The notes beneath the pieces were generated by a model. It ran no database searches, had not been told where the DNA came from, and was given only the letters and a program-made list of their open reading frames with translations. The position numbers and the translations under genes are program-made. DNA of 63,685 bases, filler included, from Craspedostauros australis (taxonomy: Eukaryota), in assembly GCA_030167865.1 (NCBI GenBank). It is 10 parts of 10 records of this genome, joined end to end, with 100 filler letters (N's around TTAATTAATTAA, not from the genome) between each part and the next. Parts side by side here need not be neighbours in the genome. Positions count along the whole stretch, not along the records: positions 18,360 to 41,673 come from JALAGF010002485.1; 9 more parts are not named here. One strand, given 5' to 3'. Below, one piece after another: positions 21,163-32,201 of this stretch; position 1 is the stretch's first letter; each line of letters starts with the position of its first letter.

Positions 21163-22659
21163 TCATTTGCGCTTCCCGAACCCACCCATCATTCGCTTGA
21201 GCATATCCTCCTCCTTATTTCGTTTGGATTTCTTCTTTTTCTTCTCATCGCCGCCCTTGGCATTGCCTGCCGCAGTCCCCGCCTTGGATGTCTGCTGCTG
21301 TTGCTGATCGATGGGCACCGCCTTGGGAAATAATGTGGTGGATGCTTCCGCACCAACTGTGCCGGTGCTGCTGCTTTCTGTTTGCGCTTCCTGCTTGTGG
21401 ATGAGATCGGGATTCAAGAAATGGCCGGGTGATGCTAATTGGACCGAAGCGATCGGCTTCGTGAAGCTCACAAAGACCTTCGCGGCCGGCATCAAGCCAT
21501 GGCTCTTGATGGTGGAGGAAGGCGGTTTGAGAACCTGTCGTGGCGGTGTGATGTAGAGCTCGATTCCGATGGATTTGGCCTCATCCTGGAACAGGCCAGG
21601 GCGCAGGCACTCGTGCCGCAGCACCTGCTCCAGATCAGCGATGGTCTCTGTCGGCAAGAACTTGCCCCGCAACCAGCAACCGTCCGGAAATTGGATCTGC
21701 AACGTGGCGTGGCTGTAGACCTTTTGGTTCTTGATCTTGGCAAGGTCTCTCATGGCCTTGGTCGTGAAGCCGGCATTCTCTGCACGGTCCCGTTGCTCCA
21801 TCTGCTGCTTGGCACGCGCGGCCAGCAAGTTGGCATCGGACGACGTGCCGGCTTCGGCCGCTGATGCTGCGGAGAGGTTGGTTGACAGGGACGAAACCGC
21901 GCTGTTCTGCTTGCCGGGTCTGTACACCACCCACTCTCTGTCCTGGATCCGATTGGGCTGGATCTTGCTCTCCAGATCCTTCTGACGCTGTTGCAAACGC
22001 TCCAACGATTGCTCCGTCGGGCTTCTGTAATTGGCGCTGGTCGGTCCCGTCCTCATGCCCGTCGCTGCCGCCTGTCCATCATACCTGGATCCCTGGTAGA
22101 TGTTGAACCCCTTGCCATTGCTACCGCCGTTGCCGGCTGTTGCGGCCGATCGTTTGGCAGCACCCACAGCAGATGCCATGGGCGGCGGCGGCTTGAACTT
22201 GGGCAGGTCCTGCGCGGGGATCTTGAGCTCGTGGATCGCGCAGGTGACGAGCTGCTGTCTGGCCTGCTGCAGCACGCGCACATCCTCCTTGTCCGGCAGC
22301 AGCCGCAGAAACCCGGCATCCGTGGACGCAGCATCTCCCATGCGCACATCGCTATCGAGCTCCATCTTGGGCAGATCGGCCGTCGTCGCATCGCCGGTTG
22401 CCTCCATCGTTCGGACGAAGCCGGACGCGCAGAGGTAGTCCAAGGCGCCCTTGCGCTGTCCCACCTTCTGCCAGAAGTTGGGATTGGAGATGCGGATGCA
22501 GCGCACCTTGTCGTTTCCCGGCTTCTGCGTGATGTTGTCCAGCACCTTGATCATCGTCACGATGCAGACCTTGGAATCCGCATCGAATGATCCCTGCAGC
22601 AGCGTCTGCAGAGCAGCGTTCAGATCGTGCTTGATCTTCGAAGGGTCTGTGGTATCCAT
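21163..22659 (-). CDS. PUB + UBX domain p97/Cdc48 adaptor (UBXN6-like)
   Basis: LDNITQKPGNDKVRCIRISNPNF...GALDYLCASGF (PUB); LQIQFPDGCWLRGKFLPTETI...LYITPPRQ...GLMPAA (UBX). Confidence 0.85.
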   Translation of the reverse strand: MDTTDPSKIKHDLNAALQTLLQGSFDADSKVCIVTMIKVLDNITQKPGNDKVRCIRISNPNFWQKVGQRKGALDYLCASGFVRTMEATGDATTADLPKMELDSDVRMGDAASTDAGFLRLLPDKEDVRVLQQARQQLVTCAIHELKIPAQDLPKFKPPPPMASAVGAAKRSAATAGNGGSNGKGFNIYQGSRYDGQAAATGMRTGPTSANYRSPTEQSLERLQQRQKDLESKIQPNRIQDREWVVYRPGKQNSAVSSLSTNLSAASAAEAGTSSDANLLAARAKQQMEQRDRAENAGFTTKAMRDLAKIKNQKVYSHATLQIQFPDGCWLRGKFLPTETIADLEQVLRHECLRPGLFQDEAKSIGIELYITPPRQVLKPPSSTIKSHGLMPAAKVFVSFTKPIASVQLASPGHFLNPDLIHKQEAQTESSSTGTVGAEASTTLFPKAVPIDQQQQQTSKAGTAAGNAKGGDEKKKKKSKRNKEEDMLKRMMGGFGKRK

Positions 22660-23286
22660 CCTGATTCTCGTGCTGCTCTTTCTGGCTATGCTGGCTATAC
22701 TCGCTGTGCAATTGAGGAGTGTGTGCTTTATAACTTTGATTTCGCCAACGACAATGCTAACCCTTTGGACTTTCCGTGAGTTTTCGCAGTCGCAGTCGTA
22801 GTCGTACTAATACAGTATCGTCCACAGATGCCTCTTGCTAAAATGTGGGCACGCAATCGTTGGTCGCGGTGGATGCACATCTCGATCAAACGAGAAATCG
22901 GAGACACCACCTTCTGCGCGTGCTTCTTGTGCCGTCGTTTGTGTTCTTTTTCCGCCATGGTCGATGTTTCAATCGATTGAATCGATCATGTGGTCGATGT
23001 GATCGCATGAGTCGTTGCACTGAGAATGAAGAGCACGATTGCCGCCAACACGCGCCAACCGAACAAAGCAGGCACCGTGATGTCTTTTGTTCCTTTGCGT
23101 GTTTCTCCGCAACGCTTCGCGACATGGGGGAAGGCTTCTTGAGCACAGCCACTCGCACTTTCGTTGTTCATGTCACCAACAGGACAACAGATAGCACTGT
23201 GACGATCACAGTGCTATACGACTGCGAGTACAGCACAACCGCGCATGGTATGACGTCGCCGCCAGAACCGCGCCACCAGCAGCTTC

Positions 23287-25029
23287 ATGAACATGCTGCG
23301 AAAGAGCAGAAGCAACAGAGCTGCTGGTCTCGACAGCGTTGACGACTGCCATTCAACGGCTTCGTTGTCCTCAACGGCCTCCGCATTTGCGGACACTGCA
23401 GCTTCGCGGGATCGTGACGCATTGCTGGATCATGCGATGGACTTTGATCCATTCGCAGAGCACGCAGGCCATGCAGAGTCGCAACAAGAGGGAAGCGGAG
23501 GGGGAGAATGGGACGGCTATCCTTGCACTTGTCCAATGAAGTACCGACGAGCCATTTACGGCAGCATCATGACAGCGTTGTACATCGTGGCTTGGGTTGC
23601 CAACGGTGAAGTGCTGCAAGGGCTGACGGATGGGTCGATGGCGTCCTTCTTGTTATCCAGTAACGCATCATCGCAGCAGGAGCAACAACAACAGCAGCAG
23701 CAAGATTACGATACCGCCAGCGACAACATGGACATCGACGTCCCTTCGTTCTCGTACAACCGGCCCACCTTCATCACGTGGTTCTCGTACAACTACATGA
23801 TGCTCAGTTGGTTCGTCGTCCTGTGGTGGCACCGTCCCACTTCACCGAACAGCCATCGATCTTGCAGCATCGCGTCTCGGTGCAGGATTCTCGCGAACTA
23901 TATGCGGTACCAATGGCCAGGTCGGTTGGGGCTGCGGCGGGCCATGCTCTTTTGCACCGGCATCGGCTATTGTGTACAGCTTCTCAACATTGCCTTCATC
24001 CTGGGATTGAACTGCATCTCCGTCAGCCTATCCAACGCGATTTTTCAATTGCAGACCGGCATCGTGGTGCTCATATCCGTCGCGTACCTCGGGGACACAT
24101 TCACGAAGCAGCAGGCATGGGGCATGCTCTTCTCGGCGGTTGGCGTTGGTCTCATCGTCTTGCCACCGATGCTGCATTCGGATAGTGATGATGCAGAAGA
24201 TGATGATCAGTCGGTCTGCCCCAACGTGCAAGTCCTTGGCGTTCACTTCCGACCTATGCTGATTGGTGTTCTCGCGACAGTCGCGGCCGCTGCCGTCGGC
24301 GCAGGCTACTATGTATCATGGCGCGTGTTTTCAGAACAACGTGAGATCGACAAGGTACAGTCCTATGTGCAGGCGCGCAGCGGCGGTGCTGGCGACGATA
24401 GCAGCAGCGGCGGTATCATGGACCACGACGGCGATTCGGGCATCAGCGCGGAAACTGTATACCTGTCGTCGTTGCAGCCGATGAGCGCTGATGCGCAGCG
24501 CGAGGTTGGTTTTCTGGATACCCATGCCACGTTGGCGATGATCGGCACCTGCAATCTGCTGTTCGGTTGGCCATCCGTGCTGTTCATGCATGGGACGGGT
24601 CTCGACCCACTGCAGCTACCGCAGTATTGGATCCAATGGATGTGTCTGCTGGCGAATGGCCTGGTGGAGTATGCCTTCGATGCATCTTGCGCCTTGACGA
24701 TCTACCTCACCTCGCCGCTCGTAGCCTCCATCGTGGCACCCCTGACACTGCCAGTGTCGGTCATCGCAGATCGGGTGCTCCATACTACCAGTATGTCTGG
24801 AACGGATGCACCAGAAACATCGTCCGCAATCGGCCTGCAATTCGGCTGGCCGACCTTCTTCGGTGCGCTGTTCATTCTCTTGGGTATTGCGCTGCTGGAG
24901 ATGTCGACAGACGACGTCATGGCAGCGTTGCGTTGGTGCCAACGCCAAGTTGGGCGGGTTCCATTGTCTGCGCGTACCGATGCAAACCCTCCTTCAATAC
25001 AGTTAACGAAGTCTGGCGGCATCGTGTAA
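23287..25029 (+). CDS. EamA/DMT-superfamily transporter (SLC35F-like), intact copy
   Basis: About ten hydrophobic segments; YNRPTFITWF, GLNCISVSLSNAIFQ, YLGDTFT, LTSPLVASI..PLTLPVSVIAD. Confidence 0.8.
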   Translation: MNMLRKSRSNRAAGLDSVDDCHSTASLSSTASAFADTAASRDRDALLDHAMDFDPFAEHAGHAESQQEGSGGGEWDGYPCTCPMKYRRAIYGSIMTALYIVAWVANGEVLQGLTDGSMASFLLSSNASSQQEQQQQQQQDYDTASDNMDIDVPSFSYNRPTFITWFSYNYMMLSWFVVLWWHRPTSPNSHRSCSIASRCRILANYMRYQWPGRLGLRRAMLFCTGIGYCVQLLNIAFILGLNCISVSLSNAIFQLQTGIVVLISVAYLGDTFTKQQAWGMLFSAVGVGLIVLPPMLHSDSDDAEDDDQSVCPNVQVLGVHFRPMLIGVLATVAAAAVGAGYYVSWRVFSEQREIDKVQSYVQARSGGAGDDSSSGGIMDHDGDSGISAETVYLSSLQPMSADAQREVGFLDTHATLAMIGTCNLLFGWPSVLFMHGTGLDPLQLPQYWIQWMCLLANGLVEYAFDASCALTIYLTSPLVASIVAPLTLPVSVIADRVLHTTSMSGTDAPETSSAIGLQFGWPTFFGALFILLGIALLEMSTDDVMAALRWCQRQVGRVPLSARTDANPPSIQLTKSGGIV

Positions 25030-25465
25030 AAGCACTCTCGACAAAATTGTTCGCAGTGTCTGGGCAGACAGAACATTCATCTGATCGTTGTACCACAATC
25101 TACTCTACGCCGTGGGCAGTCTACGATGTACTCATTTTTGTTTCGAAGGGATGAGTTGATCGCACAAGTCAAGTGCTCCGAGTCGTTGATACTGCAATTC
25201 CGAGATGCGAGGTTTCATCTTTGTGCACAAGATGACGAACCACCTCTGTTGCCACCGTCGCTGCCACTGCGGTGTTCATGGAGAGGCTCCCAGAGAGCAT
25301 AGTAAATGAGATGCCACCAATGCTCATGCCACCAACAGGACAAACCGCGCATCTGGGTGGAGGAGGGTGCTCCGAACTATCATACTCGCAGCACAACGAT
25401 ACAAACCGACGTCGCCTCCGCAATTGTGCTGCCAATCGCGCACAAAACGAGGATTAGTGCGGAGT

Positions 25466-27267
25466 ATGCCACGAAAGAGCAGGAATGGTGGGCCTGCTGG
25501 TCTCGACGCCATCGGCGATTGCCGTTCAACGGCTTCATTGTCGTCAACAGCTTCTGCCTTGACGGGCAATGCAGTCTCGCAGTATCGCTCCGTCTCGTTC
25601 GATCATGCGATTGGCGTTGATCCACTCACAAAGCACGCAGGCCAGGCTGCATCACAAACAGAGGAAACAGCGGACGAACAGGGAGAGGGAGAATCGGATA
25701 ACCAACAAGTCGGATACACAAGTGCAAGCGAGTATCGACGTGCCATTTATGGCACTGTCATGACAGCGTTGTACATCTTGACATGGATTGTCAACAGTGA
25801 AATGGTGCAAGGACTAACGGATGGATCCATGGCAGCCTCCTTCTTCTCCAGTCATTCGTCATCTCAGGAGCAGCAACAGCAGCAACAAGAGCATCGCGAT
25901 ACCACCAACGACAACATCGACATTGCCATTGGCGATGACATCGGCAATGGCATCGACGCCCCCTCATTGTCATCCCTTTACGAGTACAACCAGCCAACTT
26001 TCATCACGTGGTTCTCGTACAACTACATGATGCTCAGCTGGTTCGTCGTCCTTTGGTGGCACCGTCCCACCTCAGCGCAAGACGATCGATCCTGGAACAT
26101 CGCATCTCGATGCAAGATGGTCGCGAACTACATGCAACACCAATGGGCTGGTAGGCTGGGCATGTGGCGCGCCGCGGTCGTCTGCACCGGCATCGGCTAT
26201 ACCATGCAGCTCCTGAACATCGCCTTCATCCTGGGATTGAATTGCATCCCCGTCAGTGTATCCAACACGGTTTTCCAATTGCAGACCGGCATCGTGGTGC
26301 TCATCTCCGTGGCGTACCTCGGGGACACATTCACGAAGCAGCAGGCATGGGGCATGCTCTTCTCGGCGGTTGGCGTAGGTCTCATCGTCTTGCCACCGAT
26401 GCTGCGTTCGGATAGTGATGATGCAGAAGATGATGATCAGTCGGTCTGCCCCAACGTGCAACTCCTTGGCGTCGACCTGCGCCCCATGCTGATTGGTGTT
26501 CTCGCGACGGTCGTCGCTGCGACCACCAGCGCAGTGAACTACGTGTCATGGGGGTGTTCTCGGCAGAACGCGAGGTGGACAAAACTCAGTCCACCGTCGC
26601 AACGGTGCACATGCGCAGCACCAGCAATCTGAGCGACGGCGACGACAGCAGCGCTGGCATCATGGATCAGAACAGCGAAACAGGAATCAGGATGGAAAAA
26701 ATGCCCATGGTGGCATCGCAGCCGATGAACCCTGATGCGCAACGCGAAGCTGGTTGCTTGGACACTTTTGCCACGTTGGCAATGGTCGGCACTTGCAATC
26801 TGCTAGTCGGTTGACCATCCGTGCTGCTCATGCATTGGACGGGCCTCGGACCATTCCAGTTGCCGCAGCATTGGATCCAATGGGTTTGCCTGCAAGCGAA
26901 TGGTTTAGTGGAGTATTCCTTCGATGCATCCTGCGCCTTGGCGATCTACTTGACCTCACCGCTCGTGGCATCCATCGTAGTACCGCTGACGTTACCCGTA
27001 TCGGTCATCGTGGATCAGATGCTCAATGGTGGGACAACCGATGGGACGGATGCAACATCGTCCGCAAGCGGGCTGCAGTTCGGTTGGCCGACTTTGTTCG
27101 GCGCGCTGTTCATTCTCGGGGGTGTTGCGCTGCTAGAGATGTCGACGGATGATGTCACGGCAGCGCTACGTTGGTGTCAACGTCGGGTTGGACGATCGCG
27201 ACTGCCCACTCGTACCGGCGCAGCACATCAATCGACACCGCTGACAGAGTCTGCCGGTATCATGTAA
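25466..27267 (+). pseudogene. Tandem paralog of the EamA gene, disrupted
   Basis: Colinear with 23287-25029. One-base deletion near 26551 (tcatggcgcgtg vs tcatgggggtg) and TGG>TGA at 26812-26814. Confidence 0.85.
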
Positions 27268-27573
27268 AAAGACGCTACGCTGCCAACACTTCAGCAATCT
27301 TGCTCGGTTGTCCACTCTGATCATGCTCTGCTAGAGAGTGCTGGTATATTCCAGTTGTAGTACGACGAGTATTGGTACCACCCTCTGAATTGTTTCCATC
27401 GTTATGGAATGCTTCTCGACGGAATGAAATGGGAGCTGGATTGGATGAGGTTGATCTATCTACAGCGTGCAGTTACGACCTATGGTGCAGCATTTAGGAT
27501 TTGGCTTGATTCGATGTCCTTCGATTCGATTCGAGTGCTAAAAAATGTATGGTGGAATAGTAAAGTAGCTTGC

Positions 27574-28745
27574 TCAATCATCATCGAGATCATCCAAGTC
27601 ATCGTCATCACCCTCCAGGAAGAGATCGCTCTGCACCTTGGCAGCGACATCATCCACCTGCTTATCCGCCGCGCCATCCTCCAGATCCTTGTCAAAGAGC
27701 TCGCGCTTGTACTCGAAGAGATCACGTCCAGACAGAATGGCCAGTCCCTTGCCACCCTTCTTCTTCTTGAATTCGGCCTCGACCTTCTTGCGCGCCTCCT
27801 CCGCACGTCGTTTTCGCTTCTTCTCCTTCCATGCGGCGAATGATTCCGGCGTGACCTTGGTTCCCTGGCCAGACTTTTTGAGTTCGGCCACCTTCTTTTG
27901 CCGTTCCGATTCGATCTCATCTTCCAGCGTTGGCACGTAGTTGGGCTGGAGGTTGATGAAGAAGACATGGTGTTGGTCCGAGTATTGTGGGAAGGTGAGA
28001 TGGGTGTGTATTGGTGCATGCATGCATACAGAGCAGGGCATACTCGTACTGGTCGCATGGCGTGGCGTGGCGTGACATGGCATGGCGTGCAATGCAATAC
28101 AGTTGGCGCAAACGGATACCCTCTCACGCTGTGCGTCTTTCGTCAAGTCACGGTCAAGTCACGTCGCACAACGCAACCACGCACATCCATACACATCCAT
28201 ACACATCCATACCATGCCATGTGAAGCCCATCAGTACCGAAGAATAGCATCGTGTAATATATCATAGCATCGCAGAGCGTAGCGCAACATAAAACAACGC
28301 AGACACTCACATCCTCCTTTAGTCGATCCTCCATCTCCTGAGCATCCATCTGGTACATCATCTTCATCGCCCTGGAAGTTCCCTTCTTGGCGGACTCGTC
28401 ATTTCCATCACGGCCCTTGGCCTCCTGCTTTCCGTCCTTCTGATTGGTGGTCTTCTTCTTCTTGACGGCCAGCAGAGCTTCGCCGAACAGGGCATTGCGC
28501 TCGGCCTCCTCAGCCTTCTTGCGCAACTTGTGATCTTTGCGCATCTGCTTCCGCTTCTCCTCCTCCATCCTCGTCCTGCGATCGACGCTCATGACCTGCT
28601 TCGTGACGGATTGGATGTGCTGCTGGACCTTCTTGGATTTGTTCTTGTTCTTGAGGCCGAACGTCCTGTCCTCGATGATCTTGTTCTTCTTCTTCTGCTC
28701 CGTCTTCTTGCTGGCGTTTCCGCCCTTCTTCGCCTTTGCCGGCAT
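27574..28745 (-). CDS. TMA46/ZC3H15 (DFRP1)-like protein; complement join(27574..27945,28311..28745)
   Basis: KIIEDRTFGLKNKNKSKKVQ; TLEDEIESER, TKVTPESFAAWK, LSGRDLFEY. Phase-0 intron GTGAGT...ctccAG. Confidence 0.82.
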
Positions 28746-29675
28746 CTTTGAGCTGTCTTTCTTTGTTTGTTAAGCTACGGATGGGATGGATAGATGGGAT
28801 GGATGGTTGCCGAGATGGATGGATTGCCGAACGATGCTATTGCAGTATCCGTTCCGTTCTGCTCTACTTTTCTCTAGTCAAATGAACGGCAGACAATCAA
28901 CGCCCAGCTGATCTGTGCTCTGGGATGACTCCTATTCTACTTGGGCTTGTGAGGAGTGTCTTGCTCGCGATGTCAAGGTAGCCGCGGTCGCTATGCGAAG
29001 ACGCGTTGTTGTCTGGCGAACGGCATGTCTCTGGTGCGCGCCATGGTCGATCCTTGTTGCGTCTCCCTCCGGACCAGAAACTTGACTCGTCGAACGACAG
29101 ACAGACAGACACATTTACCACAAACATCCACAAATGGCAATCAAGGACTTCTACATTCCGTACTCGTAGTGCCAAACTCCTACACTCACACTCTCCGGGG
29201 ACAGAGTGGGGCGATGATACCTCATCCATGCAGAGTAGGCAACTGCACCATACTTTCGGCAGTGTGGTAGGAACAGAGAGCATGCACTTCAAGACTAGTT
29301 CGCGTGCGATTTTCAGCGGAGAAACGGATGATCAGACATCAGAGATTGGCCTCTTTCGCGGAACGGCTTCTGTTCTTGGTTGTGTGCAATGGGAACCAAT
29401 GCGCACCACACGGTGGACACAGGATGGCAAGCCATGCGTTGTGCTTTGTTTTGTTGTCATGGTTGTGCATTGGAGCAGAGTAGAGTTGAGCAGAGTGATC
29501 AGTTGAGTAAGATACTGCCGCGATGCTCTCTGGTATCGAGCATTTAGGATCCATCCAATGATAGACCGAGAGATAGTGTGACGGAGATGCACTTGGCTGT
29601 GCCTCTGCATACCAGTGTGCAATGGCGATACGACTGTCTCCTTTCCACTCCTTCCGCAGACTGTGCCTGTTCTAT

Positions 29676-29676
29676 G

Positions 29677-29709
<33 letters not shown>
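29676..29709. repeat. (TGT)n microsatellite; others at about 7702-7720 (TC), 11690-11735 (TTGG/ATGG), 37447-37474 (CA), 44973-45000 (TGAA), 45843-45866 (AG)
   Basis: Directly visible tandem repeats. Confidence 0.95.
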
Positions 29710-29710
<1 letters not shown>

Positions 29711-29839
29711 CCTGTTGCTGCTATAAGTCCACGCGTCCATCAACATTCATTCCGTCCTCCGTTTGCGGGCATGCAATATGGTACATTTGCAGTAGAGCAA
29801 TGCATTCATAATGGTTTCACAATCCACACTCCACATTCC

Positions 29840-30701
29840 CTAGTCCTCATCTTCATCGTCATCATCCGGATCCAGACCAGGATGGAGCCTTCCCCATCCG
29901 TACTTGGCCGCCATGGCATGATCTTCCTCCGTGAGATCCGATCGAGGCGCTAGATTCTGCTTCATCTCTTGTAGCTTTTCTGGTGAGAAGTCGCCCGCGA
30001 TGGCGCGTTCTCGGAGTTCCTGCGACAATGCCATAGATTGCGTTCATAACCAAGCAAGCAAGCAAACAAGTGTAGGATGCAATTATTGCGAATGCGTATG
30101 TGAGATGACGACAACGGCAGAGCAGAAATGCGGTCTAGCTGTACTGCCTGGTTGCATGCAACAGAGTGATGCAACGCCCATAACTCAAATACCAAGCAAC
30201 GTTCGTTCATCCATTTCCAACATTGCCATTGCTTCATCTGCGCACCTTCTCCGCCGTGATGATTTGATCGTGCAAATCCTTCCTTGTCCAAGCGCTGGAG
30301 GGCGCCTTGACGGTGAAATCGTACCACTCCGGGACGTACTTGTCCCGGAACTCCTTGTCTTGCGCGATCTTCTTGCCAATGAAGGGCGATGCGACGAAGG
30401 CGACCGCCAGAGAAAGGAAGAGGCTGAACTGGATGGCATTCTCGCTCCTGTTCTGCGAGGACTGCTTGCGCTTGCTCTTGAGCAGACCCTGCTTCGCGAG
30501 GATGCGGGTTTCCACGTAACCCTGCATGGCGTTGTTGGCGTCGCGGATCTTCTGGTTGCGTTCCTCCGGCGTCATGGGTTTTTGCGTGGAGAGCTGTCGG
30601 CTGGTGCGACGACTGTTCGAACGCGAGGCCGTCATTCTCCTGGGTGCGGTGCACCGCGTCATCATCACGCCTCTGCGCGCTGCCAGCGAAGAGAGCGACA
30701 T
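29840..30701 (-). CDS. Hypothetical single-pass protein, probably mitochondrial; complement join(29840..30019,30246..30701)
   Basis: Arg/Ser-rich N-terminus without acidic residues, one TM (IQFSLFLSLAVAFVASPFIG). In-frame intron GTGCGC...tcgcAG gives TAEK|ELRERA. Confidence 0.7.
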
Positions 30702-32201
30702 GGTGCTCGTTCCGTCTTTCCTTTCGTTTGCGCTCCTTTCGTTTGGCGATGGAGCAAGCTGTCTCAGTGTTCTTGCTGCTGCTGCTGCTGCTGCGATAGT
30801 GGAAAACGACGATTTGAATTGATCAATCAACGATTCCGAGAGCGCAGGTGGTGCAAAGCAATGCTTCGAACAATGGCAATGAAGGGGTATGGCTGAAGCA
30901 AGGAGAGATGAGGGCAGATCATCCTTTGTGGCCAAGTTCTGCGTCACATTTCTCCGCGTTGTTGTTCTGTTTTGACATCATCTTTCGTTGCGAATCATCG
31001 GATTTAGCCACTTAGATCGTACGGGTCGAAGAAATCCGTAGTCGTGAATTGTTCAGACACGTACAGATATGGTATTCGAAATGAGTACTATTGACGGTCA
31101 TCGCACAAATGAAAAAAAGTAAACGAACAATTGCATCTCCAAAAGGACAAAAACTGCGCCATTGTTCGCCACACAAGCACCGATCCAAACTTCGAGTGGA
31201 GTCGACAGATGATCACAAGATGAGCTACCCACGATTCGAGTTGGAGTTCCTTTGGCAGCGTGGCGTGATCGCCACGGAGATACGAAATACGATCAAGTCC
31301 TGATGATGTCACGATCGTGCGAATGCTGGAGTTGTTTGTTGGAGGCAAGGGGCGAATAGGTTTGTCCGTGTGCTCGAGAAGGGAAGTCATCTACGCACTC
31401 ATTTAGACAACAACTGACCAATCCGGTCCTCACAGGATGGCAGTGTTTCTCAATTCAGTGGGCGACGAACACGGTTGAATGCATTGGGGACCTTGGGGAT
31501 GAAACAGCGATGCCGTTTGAAAGCTTGTTGCGTTAATTCTGTGAAGGTGTGCAAGACCGCTTTCTGTATCTTGAAGGTGAAAGGTGCGATGAAGTCCATA
31601 GTTTTATCCATTGGGATCATTTCGGTGATCGATGATACTGCCTGTATCTTTTCGCCTTGAACGTTCGTGGCGAAGGTGCTGTTTACGGTCCTTCGCGTTG
31701 TTACGAACGAAGGGTGCTCCACGCAGTACCAATCACCACTTGGGATCTGCCTTCTGCTTGCTTCTTTTTCTCCTCTTGTGAGTTTGTACTCGTGTGTGGT
31801 CCTCGGACATTCCAACACCTCCGCCCTTGCACACCTCGCGACATTCCGCATCGTCGATGTACTTTCATTCGTGACCTCGAGATGGGAGGTACGAGTTATG
31901 GTACGCCCTGATCTGTGTCTATCTGTGCGTATCCATGTGAACATCCATCCCCACACAGCCAACAACGCCCACAGAAGTCTGTGAACACAGCCAACACCAA
32001 GGACCTGTTCATCGGAAACGCACCGCAAGAAGGACGTTCACATCCACGAGAAGCACTGCCACTGCCACCGCCGCTGCCAGCACAAGCATCGCCGAATAGA
32101 TCCGTGGAGAGTTGCCATTTTGTAATTGTTCTCACAACTCTGCCGCCAACACCGCCACCAACATCAACACCTCCAACACCAACACTCCAGATTTTCCAAC
32201 C

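Noticed and set aside
31000..32100. ORFs between the mitochondrial-like gene and the STAND gene
   Set aside because: No recognisable motif or coding-like codon pattern.
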